NCBI RefSeq assembly: GCF_000026545.1 | Contig: NC_011601.1 | Reading direction: 5' to 3' (one strand) | DNA from: Escherichia coli O127:H6 str. E2348/69 | GTDB lineage: Bacteria > Pseudomonadota > Gammaproteobacteria > Enterobacterales > Enterobacteriaceae | Length of the DNA stretch: 64,000 nt | Shown: positions 28,063 through 37,730 of the stretch, in pieces | How the letters are laid out: each line of letters opens with the position of its first letter | Numbering within the stretch: position 1 is the stretch's first letter | Notes under the pieces: generated by a model | Databases searched by the model: none | What the model was told of the DNA's origin: nothing | Seen by the model: only the letters and a program-made list of their open reading frames with translations | Position numbers and translations under genes: made by a program

Positions 28063-29073
28063 ATGGATAAAATTACCCAGGTTTTATTTTCAGATATTGG
28101 GAAAGTCACCACTCAATATGTTGAAGTACCACACCAGCAACTTAAACCGCACGAAGTACGGATTGCGCCCGTGTTCTACGGGATATGCGGTTCGGATCTG
28201 CATGTTCTGAAAGGCGGTCATCCGTTTGCCAAACCGCCTGTCGTCCCCGGTCATGAAATTGCAGCGCGCGTTACGGAAGTGGGCAGCGACGTTAAAAATG
28301 TACAGCCGGGCGATCATGTTGTGGTCGATCCCATCATGGCTTGCATGGAATGCCGAGCCTGCAAAGCAGGACGTTTTAATCTTTGTGAACCACCGCAGGT
28401 TGCTGGTTTTCGCGCACCGGGCTTTGCTCGCTCACAACACATTGTTCCTGCGCGTAATTGCCATGTCGCACCAGCCTCTTTACCGCTAAAAGTGTTGGCC
28501 TTTGCCGAACCGGCGGCTTGTGCTCGTCACTGCGTTAACCGAATGCCGAAAGCTTCTCTGGAAAGCGTACTGGTGATTGGTGCCGGAACGATAGGCTTAT
28601 CCATCGTGCAGGCACTGCGCATTATGGGGGCAGGTAAGATTACCGTGATTGAACCTGACGCTGCCAAACGCGCGCTGGCGTTAAAACTGGGCGCAGCAGA
28701 AGTTTGGGCACCAGGTGAGCTGGCCGCAGATGTGCGATTTACGGGGGCGATTGATGTCGTTGCAGCGCAGGCCACGCTTAACGATGCATGTACCCGTGTA
28801 TATGCCGGAGGCACCGTCGTGTGCATGGGCGTACCAAGTGGGCCGCGTGAAATACCATTACCGATGATGCAACGTTTCGAGCGTGACTTGCTCAACTCTG
28901 GCATGTACATCCCTGAAGATTTCGATGCTGTTATCGAATGGCTGGCGGATGGGCGGTTTGATACCAGTGAACTGGTTACCGATTTATTTGCCATTGAGGA
29001 TGCAGCGGCGGCATTCGAACGCGCGCAGCAAAATGACTCCATAAAGGTCATGCTGCAATTTGCGCCGGAATGA
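28063..29073 (+). CDS. Zn-dependent medium-chain alcohol/polyol dehydrogenase (sorbitol/threonine dehydrogenase-like)
   Basis: 336-aa ORF with catalytic-zinc motifs GICGSDLH and PGHE, structural-zinc Cys cluster (CMECRACKAGRFNLC) and Rossmann GAGTIG. Confidence 0.8.
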   Translation: MDKITQVLFSDIGKVTTQYVEVPHQQLKPHEVRIAPVFYGICGSDLHVLKGGHPFAKPPVVPGHEIAARVTEVGSDVKNVQPGDHVVVDPIMACMECRACKAGRFNLCEPPQVAGFRAPGFARSQHIVPARNCHVAPASLPLKVLAFAEPAACARHCVNRMPKASLESVLVIGAGTIGLSIVQALRIMGAGKITVIEPDAAKRALALKLGAAEVWAPGELAADVRFTGAIDVVAAQATLNDACTRVYAGGTVVCMGVPSGPREIPLPMMQRFERDLLNSGMYIPEDFDAVIEWLADGRFDTSELVTDLFAIEDAAAAFERAQQNDSIKVMLQFAPE

Positions 29074-29142
29074 TTTTCTAAATCTCTGTCTGGCGCTGCG
29101 TCACGTCAGCGCCACCCTACAACAATTAAAAAGGACACTGCG

Positions 29143-30576
29143 ATGAGTCAAATCACCAGTCCTGAAACTTATTCAATTAGTCGGCCACAGGACGTAATTG
29201 ATATTGTTAATAAGAACTCTGCAATCAACACCAGTATCGGCGTTATTTTTATTGCTTTGGGCGGCATATTGATTGATGCCTACCAGGCGGCGATGGTGGG
29301 GTTTGGTAATAAATACATTGCCGCTCAATTCGGCATTTCGCCGGGTCTTGCTGCAACCGTCAATGCATCAGTATTAATCGCCGCGTTAATTGGCGGTTTA
29401 TTAGCGAACCGAGTAATAAACCGCTTTGGGCAAAAGCGGGCATTTATTATTGGCATGGGGCTGTGCACCATCGGTGCTGCAGCGGTAGCTATTGCTCCCA
29501 GTATCTGGTGGGTGCTGGTGTGCCGCGTCATCATGGGCTTTGGTTTAGGCATCGACTTCCCTTTGGCAACCAATGCCGTGGCAGAGCTTCGTGGTTCAAC
29601 GTCGAAGAAAACCGGAACGTCGGTCAACCTCTGGCAAATGGCCTGGTATGTTTCGACAACCGTTGTTTATTTGGTGCTTTTGCCGCTGCTTCTGTCGGGT
29701 ATCGCTGAAGAACAATTGTGGCGTTACGGAATATTCATCGGAGCTATTTTTGCAGTCATCTTCATGATTTTGCGTTACTTCTTTATTGGTGAATCCGCAA
29801 TGTGGGCCGCACGCGTCGGGCGTTACCAGGAAGCGTGCGACATTCTGGGAAAACGTTATGGTGTTCAGGCTCGCGTTGCGGCATCGGGTACAACAGAAGC
29901 GAAATTCTCGGAAAAAGCAGAGAATAAATACAGTGGTGGATATGGCATCTTATTTAATGATCGTTACCGCAAACGCACCATTCTTGGCTGTGTCGTGGCA
30001 ACCATGCAGGCGTGGCAATATAACGCCGTAGGTGTTTATCTTCCTCTTACGTTGGCGGGAATAATAAGTGGCGGGCTTACTGGCGCGTTGACCGGTTCTG
30101 CCGTCGTGAATGCCCTTTGTGGGGTGACAGGCGGGATGATCGGCTCGTTTATTCTCCAACGACTGGGTACTCGCCGACAGTCGATGTATGGATTTGCTGT
30201 TGTGACCTTAGCATTGCTGTCGTTAGGCGCACTGGCAACGACTAATCCCTGGCTGTCTTTAGGGTTATTGGGATCAATTATTTTCTTCCATTCAGCGGGT
30301 CCTGGTGGGCTGGGCATGACCATTGCCACACTCTCTTATCCTCCCGCTATTCGCCCTACTGGGGTCGGATTTGCCCGCGCTATTATGCGCACAGGGGCAA
30401 TTGCAGGACTCATTTTCTGGCCGATGCTGTGGGGTGCGTTGAAAACTGAAGCGTTTTACTGGTTGGCAATCGTGCCATTCCTGGGATTCCTGACCTGTGT
30501 ATTGATTAATTGGGAACCACTGGGTGCAAATGTTGATGCTGAGGACGCAGAGGTTCTGGCTGAATTGAAGAAATAA
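29143..30576 (+). CDS. MFS transporter (12 predicted transmembrane segments)
   Basis: 477-aa highly hydrophobic ORF with MFS-like loop motifs (ANRVINRFGQKRAF); substrate unknown. Confidence 0.7.
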   Translation: MSQITSPETYSISRPQDVIDIVNKNSAINTSIGVIFIALGGILIDAYQAAMVGFGNKYIAAQFGISPGLAATVNASVLIAALIGGLLANRVINRFGQKRAFIIGMGLCTIGAAAVAIAPSIWWVLVCRVIMGFGLGIDFPLATNAVAELRGSTSKKTGTSVNLWQMAWYVSTTVVYLVLLPLLLSGIAEEQLWRYGIFIGAIFAVIFMILRYFFIGESAMWAARVGRYQEACDILGKRYGVQARVAASGTTEAKFSEKAENKYSGGYGILFNDRYRKRTILGCVVATMQAWQYNAVGVYLPLTLAGIISGGLTGALTGSAVVNALCGVTGGMIGSFILQRLGTRRQSMYGFAVVTLALLSLGALATTNPWLSLGLLGSIIFFHSAGPGGLGMTIATLSYPPAIRPTGVGFARAIMRTGAIAGLIFWPMLWGALKTEAFYWLAIVPFLGFLTCVLINWEPLGANVDAEDAEVLAELKK

Positions 30577-30579
30577 TTT

Positions 30580-30609
30580 AATGCGCATCGGTTTAAGCCG
30601 ATGCGCATT
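30580..30609. other. Perfect 12-bp-stem inverted repeat between the two MFS genes (possible terminator or operator)
   Basis: AATGCGCATCGG-TTTAAG-CCGATGCGCATT directly after the stop codon of the first MFS gene; no strong T-run follows. Confidence 0.5.
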
Positions 30610-30674
30610 AATTCAAACTGCCCACGTTTAGTGGTTCGTATCCCAGATTTCTCGCCTACCAGGAGAGGAAAATT

Positions 30675-32024
30675 ATGTCTGAAAAGTTACCCGCACCGCG
30701 TGAAGGGCTTTCCGGTAAAGCCATGAGACGTGTCGTTATGGGCAGTTTCGCAGGCGCGTTAATGGAATGGTATGACTTCTTTATTTTTGGCACGGCAGCA
30801 GGACTGGTATTTGCACCGCTGTTTTATCCAGACAGCGATCCTTTTATAGGTCTTATAGCTTCCTTTGCGACCTTTGGTGTCGGTTTTCTGACTCGTCCTT
30901 TAGGTGGCATCGTCTTTGGTCATTTTGGCGATAAAATAGGGCGAAAAATAACGCTTATCTGGACGTTGGCTATTGTCGGTTGCTCCACATTTTTGATTGG
31001 TTTTATTCCGACGCATCAGGAAATTGGGATCTGGGCACCGCTCATATTAATGGTGCTACGTTTAATTCAGGGCTTTGGTCTTGGTGGCGAGTACGGCGGA
31101 GCGGCATTGATGACCATAGAATCAGCGCCCGAATCCCGACGCGGATTTTTAGGTTCACTCCCGCAAACGGCTGCGTCTGTGGGTATTATGCTGGCAACCG
31201 GTATTTTTGCTCTCTGTAACCATTTTCTGACTTCGGAGCAGTTTCTCTCCTGGGGATGGCGCATTCCGTTTTGGCTTTCTGCGGTGATGTTGATCGTTGG
31301 GCTGTTTATCCGCCTGCATACCGAAGAAACGCTGGATTTTCAAAAGCAAAAAACGACGAATAATAAAGAAAAGCCCGTTCCTCCGTTGATTGAATTATTC
31401 AAAAAACATCCACGAAATATTTTATTGGCACTGGGTGCGAGGCTGGCGGAAAGTGTCTCCTCTAATATTATTAACGCCTTTGGTATTGTCTATATTTCCA
31501 GCCAATTAGCATTGTCGCGAGATATTCCCCTGACGGGTATGTTGATTGCCTCGGCGATCGGTATTTTCAGTTGTCCATTGGTTGGATGGTTATCAGATCG
31601 TATAGGTCAAAAAAGTCTGTATTTGTCGGGAGCAGGATTTTGTGTCCTGTTCGCGTTTCCTTTCTTCTTATTACTGGATAGCAAAAGTACGCTCATCATC
31701 TGGTGCAGTATGATCCTCGGCTACAACTTAGGTCCGACGATGATGTTTGCCGTGCAGCCAACACTTTTCACCCGCATGTTCGGTACCAAAGTACGATATA
31801 CCGGCCTTTCTTTTGCTTATCAATTTTCCGCGATTCTTGGCGGACTAAGCCCCCTTATCGCCTCAAGTTTGCTGGCGCTAGGGGGAGGAAAACCGTGGTA
31901 TGTCGCTCTGTTTTTATTTGCTGTCTCAGTTCTTTCCTTTGTTTGCGTCTGGCTGATTGAGCCGACCGATGAACAAGAAACCGCTTCTTACTGCTACATC
32001 AGGGAACAATCTCATGAAAACTGA
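30675..32024 (+). CDS. MFS metabolite:H+ symporter (MHS family, ProP/KgtP-like)
   Basis: 449-aa ORF with the characteristic MHS motif GHFGDKIGRKITL and 12 hydrophobic segments. Confidence 0.75.
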   Translation: MSEKLPAPREGLSGKAMRRVVMGSFAGALMEWYDFFIFGTAAGLVFAPLFYPDSDPFIGLIASFATFGVGFLTRPLGGIVFGHFGDKIGRKITLIWTLAIVGCSTFLIGFIPTHQEIGIWAPLILMVLRLIQGFGLGGEYGGAALMTIESAPESRRGFLGSLPQTAASVGIMLATGIFALCNHFLTSEQFLSWGWRIPFWLSAVMLIVGLFIRLHTEETLDFQKQKTTNNKEKPVPPLIELFKKHPRNILLALGARLAESVSSNIINAFGIVYISSQLALSRDIPLTGMLIASAIGIFSCPLVGWLSDRIGQKSLYLSGAGFCVLFAFPFFLLLDSKSTLIIWCSMILGYNLGPTMMFAVQPTLFTRMFGTKVRYTGLSFAYQFSAILGGLSPLIASSLLALGGGKPWYVALFLFAVSVLSFVCVWLIEPTDEQETASYCYIREQSHEN

Positions 32025-32901
32025 ACGAAAAAACGAGCATTACCTGGCGCTACAACAGGCGTTTGACGCGCCATGGCCTGGGCCTGTAGGAGAGTTAGTG
32101 ATGCTGGAAAAAGGCAATATTCACCTGCAGATTTATCCGCATGATGGTGCCAGGATAACCTCGTTAAAGGCATTTGGTTCTGAAGTATTACGCCAATGGC
32201 AGCCGCAGCGCAGAGCTTTTCAGTATAGCTGTTTCCCAATGGTGCCGTGGGCAGGGCGACTGGGGAATGCGACGCTGAATGCTGGTGGGCAATGTTATTC
32301 TTTACCCGCCAATAAACCACCACATGCGTTGCATGGTATGGCTTGTTACTCAACGTGGGAAATCATCGACAAAACAGCAGATTCCCTGACTTTACGTATG
32401 CCCCTGGCTTCACCGTGGCCCTGGCAAGGGGAAGTGATTCAGACTTTTTTGCTGGAGAACGATGCGCTGGTTTTGCAACTGGAAGTCCATTCATATGCCG
32501 ATACATTCCCGGCCTCCGCAGGCTGGCATCCGTGGTTTGCGAAAAAGCTGACTCCGCAAAATACAGAATCGTTGCAGGTGCTTTTTGATGCGGACTGGCA
32601 AGAAGAAGCGGGTAGTGATGAACTGCCAACTGGAAATCGTATCTCTCCTCAAGTTGGTCCCTGGGATGACTGTTTTGGTTTTTATGACGGGGTGAAGGTT
32701 AAGTTACTGTGGCCTGGTAAACTCGCGATGACCATGACCTCTTCTGCAAACAGTCTGGTGGTATTTGATAAACAGCCCGATGCCACCTGTATTAACCCAC
32801 TGACTCAGGCACCTAACGCAATAAATCTAACGCCGGAATTTGTGACACCAGATAAGCCGCTGGTCATCGAAACTCGTTGGCAATTTACACCTGAATCTTA
32901 A
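32014..32901 (+). CDS. Aldose 1-epimerase (mutarotase) family protein, YihR-like
   Basis: About 295 aa from the ATG at 32014 (MKTERKNEHYLALQQ...) preceded by an AGGGAA Shine-Dalgarno; start overlaps the stop of the upstream MFS gene (ATGAAAACTGA), suggesting translational coupling. Mutarotase-like fold is inferred from sequence character only. Confidence 0.65.
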   Translation: MKTERKNEHYLALQQAFDAPWPGPVGELVMLEKGNIHLQIYPHDGARITSLKAFGSEVLRQWQPQRRAFQYSCFPMVPWAGRLGNATLNAGGQCYSLPANKPPHALHGMACYSTWEIIDKTADSLTLRMPLASPWPWQGEVIQTFLLENDALVLQLEVHSYADTFPASAGWHPWFAKKLTPQNTESLQVLFDADWQEEAGSDELPTGNRISPQVGPWDDCFGFYDGVKVKLLWPGKLAMTMTSSANSLVVFDKQPDATCINPLTQAPNAINLTPEFVTPDKPLVIETRWQFTPES

Positions 32902-33041
32902 CCATTCATCTATTGCGAAAAAGCCAGTGAAATTACTCTGCTTTTTCGCAATCAGCATCACAAGATTACCCTTATTGCCACATAGCCAAACCCATCCTTT
33001 CCCGCTACAGTTAATTTCTTGTGGCGCGAAAGGAGGCAAAA

Positions 33042-33641
33042 ATGCTCTATATCTTTGATTTAGGTAATGTGATTGTCGATATCGACTTTAACCGTGTGCT
33101 GGGGGCCTGGAGCGATTTAACGCGTGTTCCACTGGCTACGCTTAAGAAGAGTTTCCACATGGGCGAGGCGTTTCATCAGCATGAGCGTGGGGAAATTAGC
33201 GACGAAGCGTTCGCAGAGGCACTGTGTCATGAGATGGCCCTGCCGCTAAGCTATGAGCAGTTCTCCCACGGTTGGCAGGCGGTATTTGTTGCGCTACGAC
33301 CGGAAGTGATCGCCATCATGCATAAACTGCGTGAGCAGGGGCATCGCGTGGTGGTGCTTTCCAATACTAACCGCCTGCATACTACCTTCTGGCCGGAGGA
33401 ATACCCGGAAATCCGTGATGCTGCTGACCATATCTATCTGTCGCAAGACTTGGGTATGCGCAAACCTGAAGCACGAATTTATCAGCATGTTTTGCAGGCA
33501 GAAGGTTTTTCACCAGACGATACGGTCTTTTTCGACGATAACGCCGATAATATAGAAGGAGCTAATCGGCTAGGCATTACTAGTATTCTGGTGAAAGATA
33601 AAACCACCATCCCGGACTATTTCGCGAAGGTGTTATGCTAA
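33042..33641 (+). CDS. yihX: HAD-family alpha-D-glucose-1-phosphate phosphatase YihX
   Basis: 199 aa from the ATG at 33042 ([13 protein letters not shown]..., HAD motif I DxGxV) with an AGGAGG Shine-Dalgarno. Confidence 0.85.
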   Translation: MLYIFDLGNVIVDIDFNRVLGAWSDLTRVPLATLKKSFHMGEAFHQHERGEISDEAFAEALCHEMALPLSYEQFSHGWQAVFVALRPEVIAIMHKLREQGHRVVVLSNTNRLHTTFWPEEYPEIRDAADHIYLSQDLGMRKPEARIYQHVLQAEGFSPDDTVFFDDNADNIEGANRLGITSILVKDKTTIPDYFAKVLC

Positions 33642-34507
33642 AAACCATTCAGGACAAAGCCAAGCATCGTACCCGTCCACTATGGGCCTGGCTAAAACTA
33701 CTCTGGCAACGCATTGATGAGGACAACATGACAACCCTGGCAGGTAACCTTGCCTATGTGTCGTTGCTCTCATTAGTGCCGCTGGTTGCCGTTGTTTTTG
33801 CGCTTTTCGCCGCTTTTCCCATGTTTTCCGACGTCAGCATTCAGTTGCGTCACTTTATTTTTGCCAACTTTCTGCCTGCTACTGGCGATGTTATCCAGCG
33901 ATATATCGAACAGTTTGTCGCCAATTCCAACAAAATGACCGCCGTCGGGGCGTGCGGGCTGATCGTCACGGCGTTATTGTTGATGTACTCCATCGATAGC
34001 GCGTTGAATACCATCTGGCGCAGTAAACGAGCGCGACCCAAAATTTACTCGTTTGCCGTGTACTGGATGATTTTAACGCTGGGGCCGCTGTTGGCAGGGG
34101 CCAGTCTGGCGATCAGCTCCTATCTGCTCTCTCTGCGCTGGGCGAGCGATCTCAATACTGTCATCGATAATGTGTTGCGTATTTTTCCGCTGCTGTTGTC
34201 GTGGATCTCTTTCTGGCTGCTGTACAGCATCGTTCCTACCATCCGTGTACCTAACCGCGACGCGATTGTCGGCGCGTTTGTCGCCGCGCTCCTGTTCGAA
34301 GCAGGAAAGAAAGGTTTCGCGCTTTATATCACCATGTTCCCATCATATCAGCTCATTTACGGTGTGCTGGCGGTGATCCCCATTCTCTTTGTTTGGGTCT
34401 ACTGGACATGGTGTATCGTCTTGCTTGGCGCGGAAATTACTGTCACTCTCGGGGAATACCGCAAATTAAAACAAGCTGCTGAACAAGAAGAAGACGACGA
34501 ACCATGA
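33635..34507 (+). CDS. yihY: YihY/BrkB family inner membrane protein
   Basis: 290-aa multi-pass membrane ORF; synteny yihX-yihY-dtd. Confidence 0.85.
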
Positions 34508-34941
34508 TTGCATTAATTCAACGCGTAACCCGTGCCAGCGTCACCGTGGAGGGAGAAGTGACGGGTGAAATTGGCGCGGGACTTTTGGTGTTATTGGGTG
34601 TCGAAAAGGATGACGACGAACAGAAAGCAAACCGTCTGTGCGAGCGTGTGCTCGGCTACCGCATCTTTAGCGATGCCGAAGGCAAGATGAATCTCAACGT
34701 GCAACAGGCGGGCGGCAGTGTACTGGTGGTTTCCCAGTTTACCCTTGCCGCAGATACCGAACGGGGGATGCGCCCAAGTTTCTCCAAAGGCGCATCACCG
34801 GATCGCGCAGAGGCGTTATATGACTATTTCGTCGAACGCTGCCGTCAGCAAGAGATGAACACGCAAACAGGACGCTTCGCTGCGGATATGCAGGTATCGC
34901 TGGTCAATGATGGCCCCGTGACATTCTGGTTGCAGGTATGA
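34504..34941 (+). CDS. dtd: D-aminoacyl-tRNA deacylase
   Basis: 145-aa ORF beginning [17 protein letters not shown] and carrying the conserved SQFTL motif. Confidence 0.93.
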
Positions 34942-35927
34942 GCCAGCTTCCAGGGTTGTCACGGGAAACAAGAGAGAGTATCGCTATGTATCACCTTCGG
35001 GTTCCACAAACAGAAGAAGAATTAGAGCGTTACTATCAGTTTCGCTGGGAAATGTTGCGTAAGCCCCTGCATCAACCAAAAGGTTCGGAACGCGACGCGT
35101 GGGATGCGATGGCGCATCACCAGATGGTCGTCGACGAGCAGGGTAATCTGGTAGCGGTAGGCCGACTGTATATTAATGCCGACAATGAAGCGTCCATTCG
35201 CTTTATGGCCGTTCATCCCGACGTGCAGGACAAAGGGTTAGGCACGCTGATGGCGATGACCCTGGAGTCGGTGGCACGTCAGGAAGGCGTTAAGCGCGTG
35301 ACCTGTAGCGCCCGTGAAGACGCGGTGGAGTTTTTCGCCAAGCTGGGGTTTGTTAATCAGGGAGAAATCACCACGCCAACCACCACGCCGATTCGCCATT
35401 TTTTGATGATTAAACCCGTCGCCACTCTGGATGATATTCTTCATCGCGGCGACTGGTGCGCCCAGCTCCAGCAAGCGTGGTATGAACATATCCCGTTAAG
35501 CGAAAAAATGGGTGTGCGCATTCAGCAATATACCGGGCAAAAATTTATCACCACCATGCCGGAAACCGGCAATCAGAATCCGCATCACACGCTGTTTGCC
35601 GGGAGTTTATTCTCGCTGGCTACGCTCACCGGTTGGGGGCTTATCTGGCTGATGCTGCGCGAACGCCACCTCGGCGGAACGATTATTCTGGCGGATGCGC
35701 ATATCCGCTATAGCAAACCGATTAGCGGTAAACCCCATGCGGTAGCCGACCTTGGTGCCTTAAGTGGCGATCTCGACCGTCTGGCGCGCGGACGAAAAGC
35801 GCGGGTACAAATGCAGGTCGAAATCTTTGGCGACGAGACGCCGGGTGCAGTGTTTGAAGGCACGTATATCGTTCTGCCCGCGAAGCCATTTGGCCCGTAT
35901 GAAGAGGGCGGGAACGAAGAAGAGTAG
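34938..35927 (+). CDS. yiiD: GNAT acetyltransferase / hotdog thioesterase fusion protein YiiD
   Basis: 329-aa ORF; N-terminal GNAT-like region and C-terminal thioesterase-like region; synteny with dtd. Confidence 0.85.
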
Positions 35928-35990
35928 GGGCGTTTTACTTGACTGAAAAGGTTTTCAATCTGAAAACCTTTTCTGGGCCCTGGTCCGGAG

Positions 35991-36911
35991 TTACCTTCCC
36001 GCTCTCCAGGCAACATCCCGTAGCGCCGATCGCGCAGCCTCACTGATACCACCTAACTGAAAAAATCCGTGGATAACGCCAAGGTAGCGTTGGCAGGTGC
36101 ATTGCACTCCTTGCCCTGTCATGCGGTGATACAACGCTTCACCTTCATCGCAAAGTGGGTCGTATTCAGCGGTAATGATATGTACAGGTGGCAATCCATT
36201 GAAATCATTGCGCCAAATAGGGCTGGCTTCAGGATGCCTGCGTTCAATGCCTGGCAGGTACATCTCAAAGCCGCTCAGTAAAGTGTCGCGTGTGATGATG
36301 TAATCGTGACCATTGCGTATGTAGCTTTCGAAATGCGCAGTCGCATCAAGCATAGGATAAATTAAGATGAGTTGTGCTGGTTGCCACTCGCCAGCACGCT
36401 TCAATCGCAAAGCAGTTACCTGCGCCAGATGCCCTCCCGCACTGTCACCGGCAAGAGTTATTCGTTGTTTATCAACGCCGAGTCGTTCGGCGTGTTGCCG
36501 GACTAATTCTGCACCTCGTTGTGCATCATCATGGGCGGCGGGGAAAGTATGTTCCGGTGCCAGCCGATACTGGACGGCAATAATCCGACATTGCCCGTAA
36601 TAGGCTAACTGGCGCAGCTGGTTGTCGTGAGTTGCGAACCCGCCGCTAACAAAACAGCCACCGTAGTAATAAATTATCGTCGGGAGTAATGTCGGGGCAT
36701 TCAGCGGTGACACTATTCGTAAGGTCATCCCTTCAAGTTCGATAGTCTGAATATCTACCCGCGTTTCTGTCTCACCCGCAAGGACAGCGCTGGCGATATA
36801 GCCCTCTCTGCGCTGCGTAATACTTTGTTGGCGCGATGAGGGGCGACCCGCAGCGATAAACTCTTCGACTAACTCTGCAATTCCTTTTTCCAGTGCCATA
36901 GTAGAACTCAT
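35991..36911 (-). CDS. Alpha/beta-hydrolase fold-3 esterase/lipase (HSL family)
   Basis: Oxyanion-hole region YYYGGCFVSGG and nucleophile elbow GDSAGG; catalytic Asp/His candidates downstream. Start ambiguous (GTG at 36941, ATG at 36911 or 36899). Not in the K-12 yiiD-fdhE interval as I recall it. Confidence 0.75.
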   Translation of the reverse strand: MSSTMALEKGIAELVEEFIAAGRPSSRQQSITQRREGYIASAVLAGETETRVDIQTIELEGMTLRIVSPLNAPTLLPTIIYYYGGCFVSGGFATHDNQLRQLAYYGQCRIIAVQYRLAPEHTFPAAHDDAQRGAELVRQHAERLGVDKQRITLAGDSAGGHLAQVTALRLKRAGEWQPAQLILIYPMLDATAHFESYIRNGHDYIITRDTLLSGFEMYLPGIERRHPEASPIWRNDFNGLPPVHIITAEYDPLCDEGEALYHRMTGQGVQCTCQRYLGVIHGFFQLGGISEAARSALRDVAWRAGR

Positions 36912-37127
36912 TTTGCTGTATGAATGTACAGTTTTATACACCCGTTTTTACTGGATGGATACAGGGAAATTCACGGGCGTGAAAAATCTGGAAAGCGCCT
37001 CGCAAATGTAAAGACAAACCCGGCAGAGACGTGGTTTTGCTGGAGCACTATCAGTAAGCTAGTGGTTTCAAGGGTACGTCAATGACGTACAAAAAGGATT
37101 GTTACTCTAAGCCAATGGCGTATAATT

Positions 37128-37439
37128 ATGCTCTTCATCGAAACGGAAATTTTTACTGAAGATGTTCAAAAACTGCTGACCGACGATGAATTCAGTCGTT
37201 TTCAGTTTTTCCTGGCCTTGAATCCTGACTATGGTGAGGTAATACCTGAAACTGGTGGGTTAAGAAAGGTTCGATGGGTGTCAGGAGGAAAGGGGAAACG
37301 TGCTGGTGTCAGGGTTATTTACTTTCATCAGGTTAAACATTATGAGATCAGATTACTGCTTATTTATCGTAAGGGTATTAAAGATGATCTGTCTCCCCAG
37401 GAAAAAGCAATGCTCCGGTTGTTAAATACGAGGTGGTAA
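37128..37439 (+). CDS. Type II toxin, HigB-2-like (RelE/ParE superfamily)
   Basis: 103-aa ORF resembling Vibrio cholerae HigB-2 (…GDVIPETGGLRKVRWVSGGKGKRAGVRVIYF…); toxin encoded upstream of an HTH antitoxin with stop and start abutting (TAA-ATG). Confidence 0.8.
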   Translation: MLFIETEIFTEDVQKLLTDDEFSRFQFFLALNPDYGEVIPETGGLRKVRWVSGGKGKRAGVRVIYFHQVKHYEIRLLLIYRKGIKDDLSPQEKAMLRLLNTRW

Positions 37440-37730
37440 ATGGATAAGGCACTTTTTGAGCGGTTGACTCACAGCATGGCCCAGATGAATGAAATTATTG
37501 AAGGAACGCGACAGCCTTCGCGGACTTTTGAAGTTGATGCTATGAAAATCAAAGAAATACGCCGCGCTTCAGGGTTGTCACAATCTAAATTTGCCGATCT
37601 TATTTCTGTAAGCGTAGACACGTTGCGTAACTGGGAGCAGGGGCGACGTTCACCGACCGGGCCTGCAAAGGCTTTGCTGCGAGCGATTGCCAATGATCCG
37701 CAACATGTGCTGCAAGCACTTAACCGTTAG
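37440..37730 (+). CDS. Type II antitoxin, HigA-2-like HTH (XRE family)
   Basis: 96-aa ORF with XRE-type helix-turn-helix (IRRASGLSQSKFADLISVSVDTLRNWEQGRR) immediately after the toxin gene. Confidence 0.8.
   Translation: MDKALFERLTHSMAQMNEIIEGTRQPSRTFEVDAMKIKEIRRASGLSQSKFADLISVSVDTLRNWEQGRRSPTGPAKALLRAIANDPQHVLQALNR

Noticed and set aside
28527-29051. 174-aa minus-strand ORF
   Set aside because: Antisense to the Zn-dehydrogenase gene; Ala/Ser-rich low-complexity translation.
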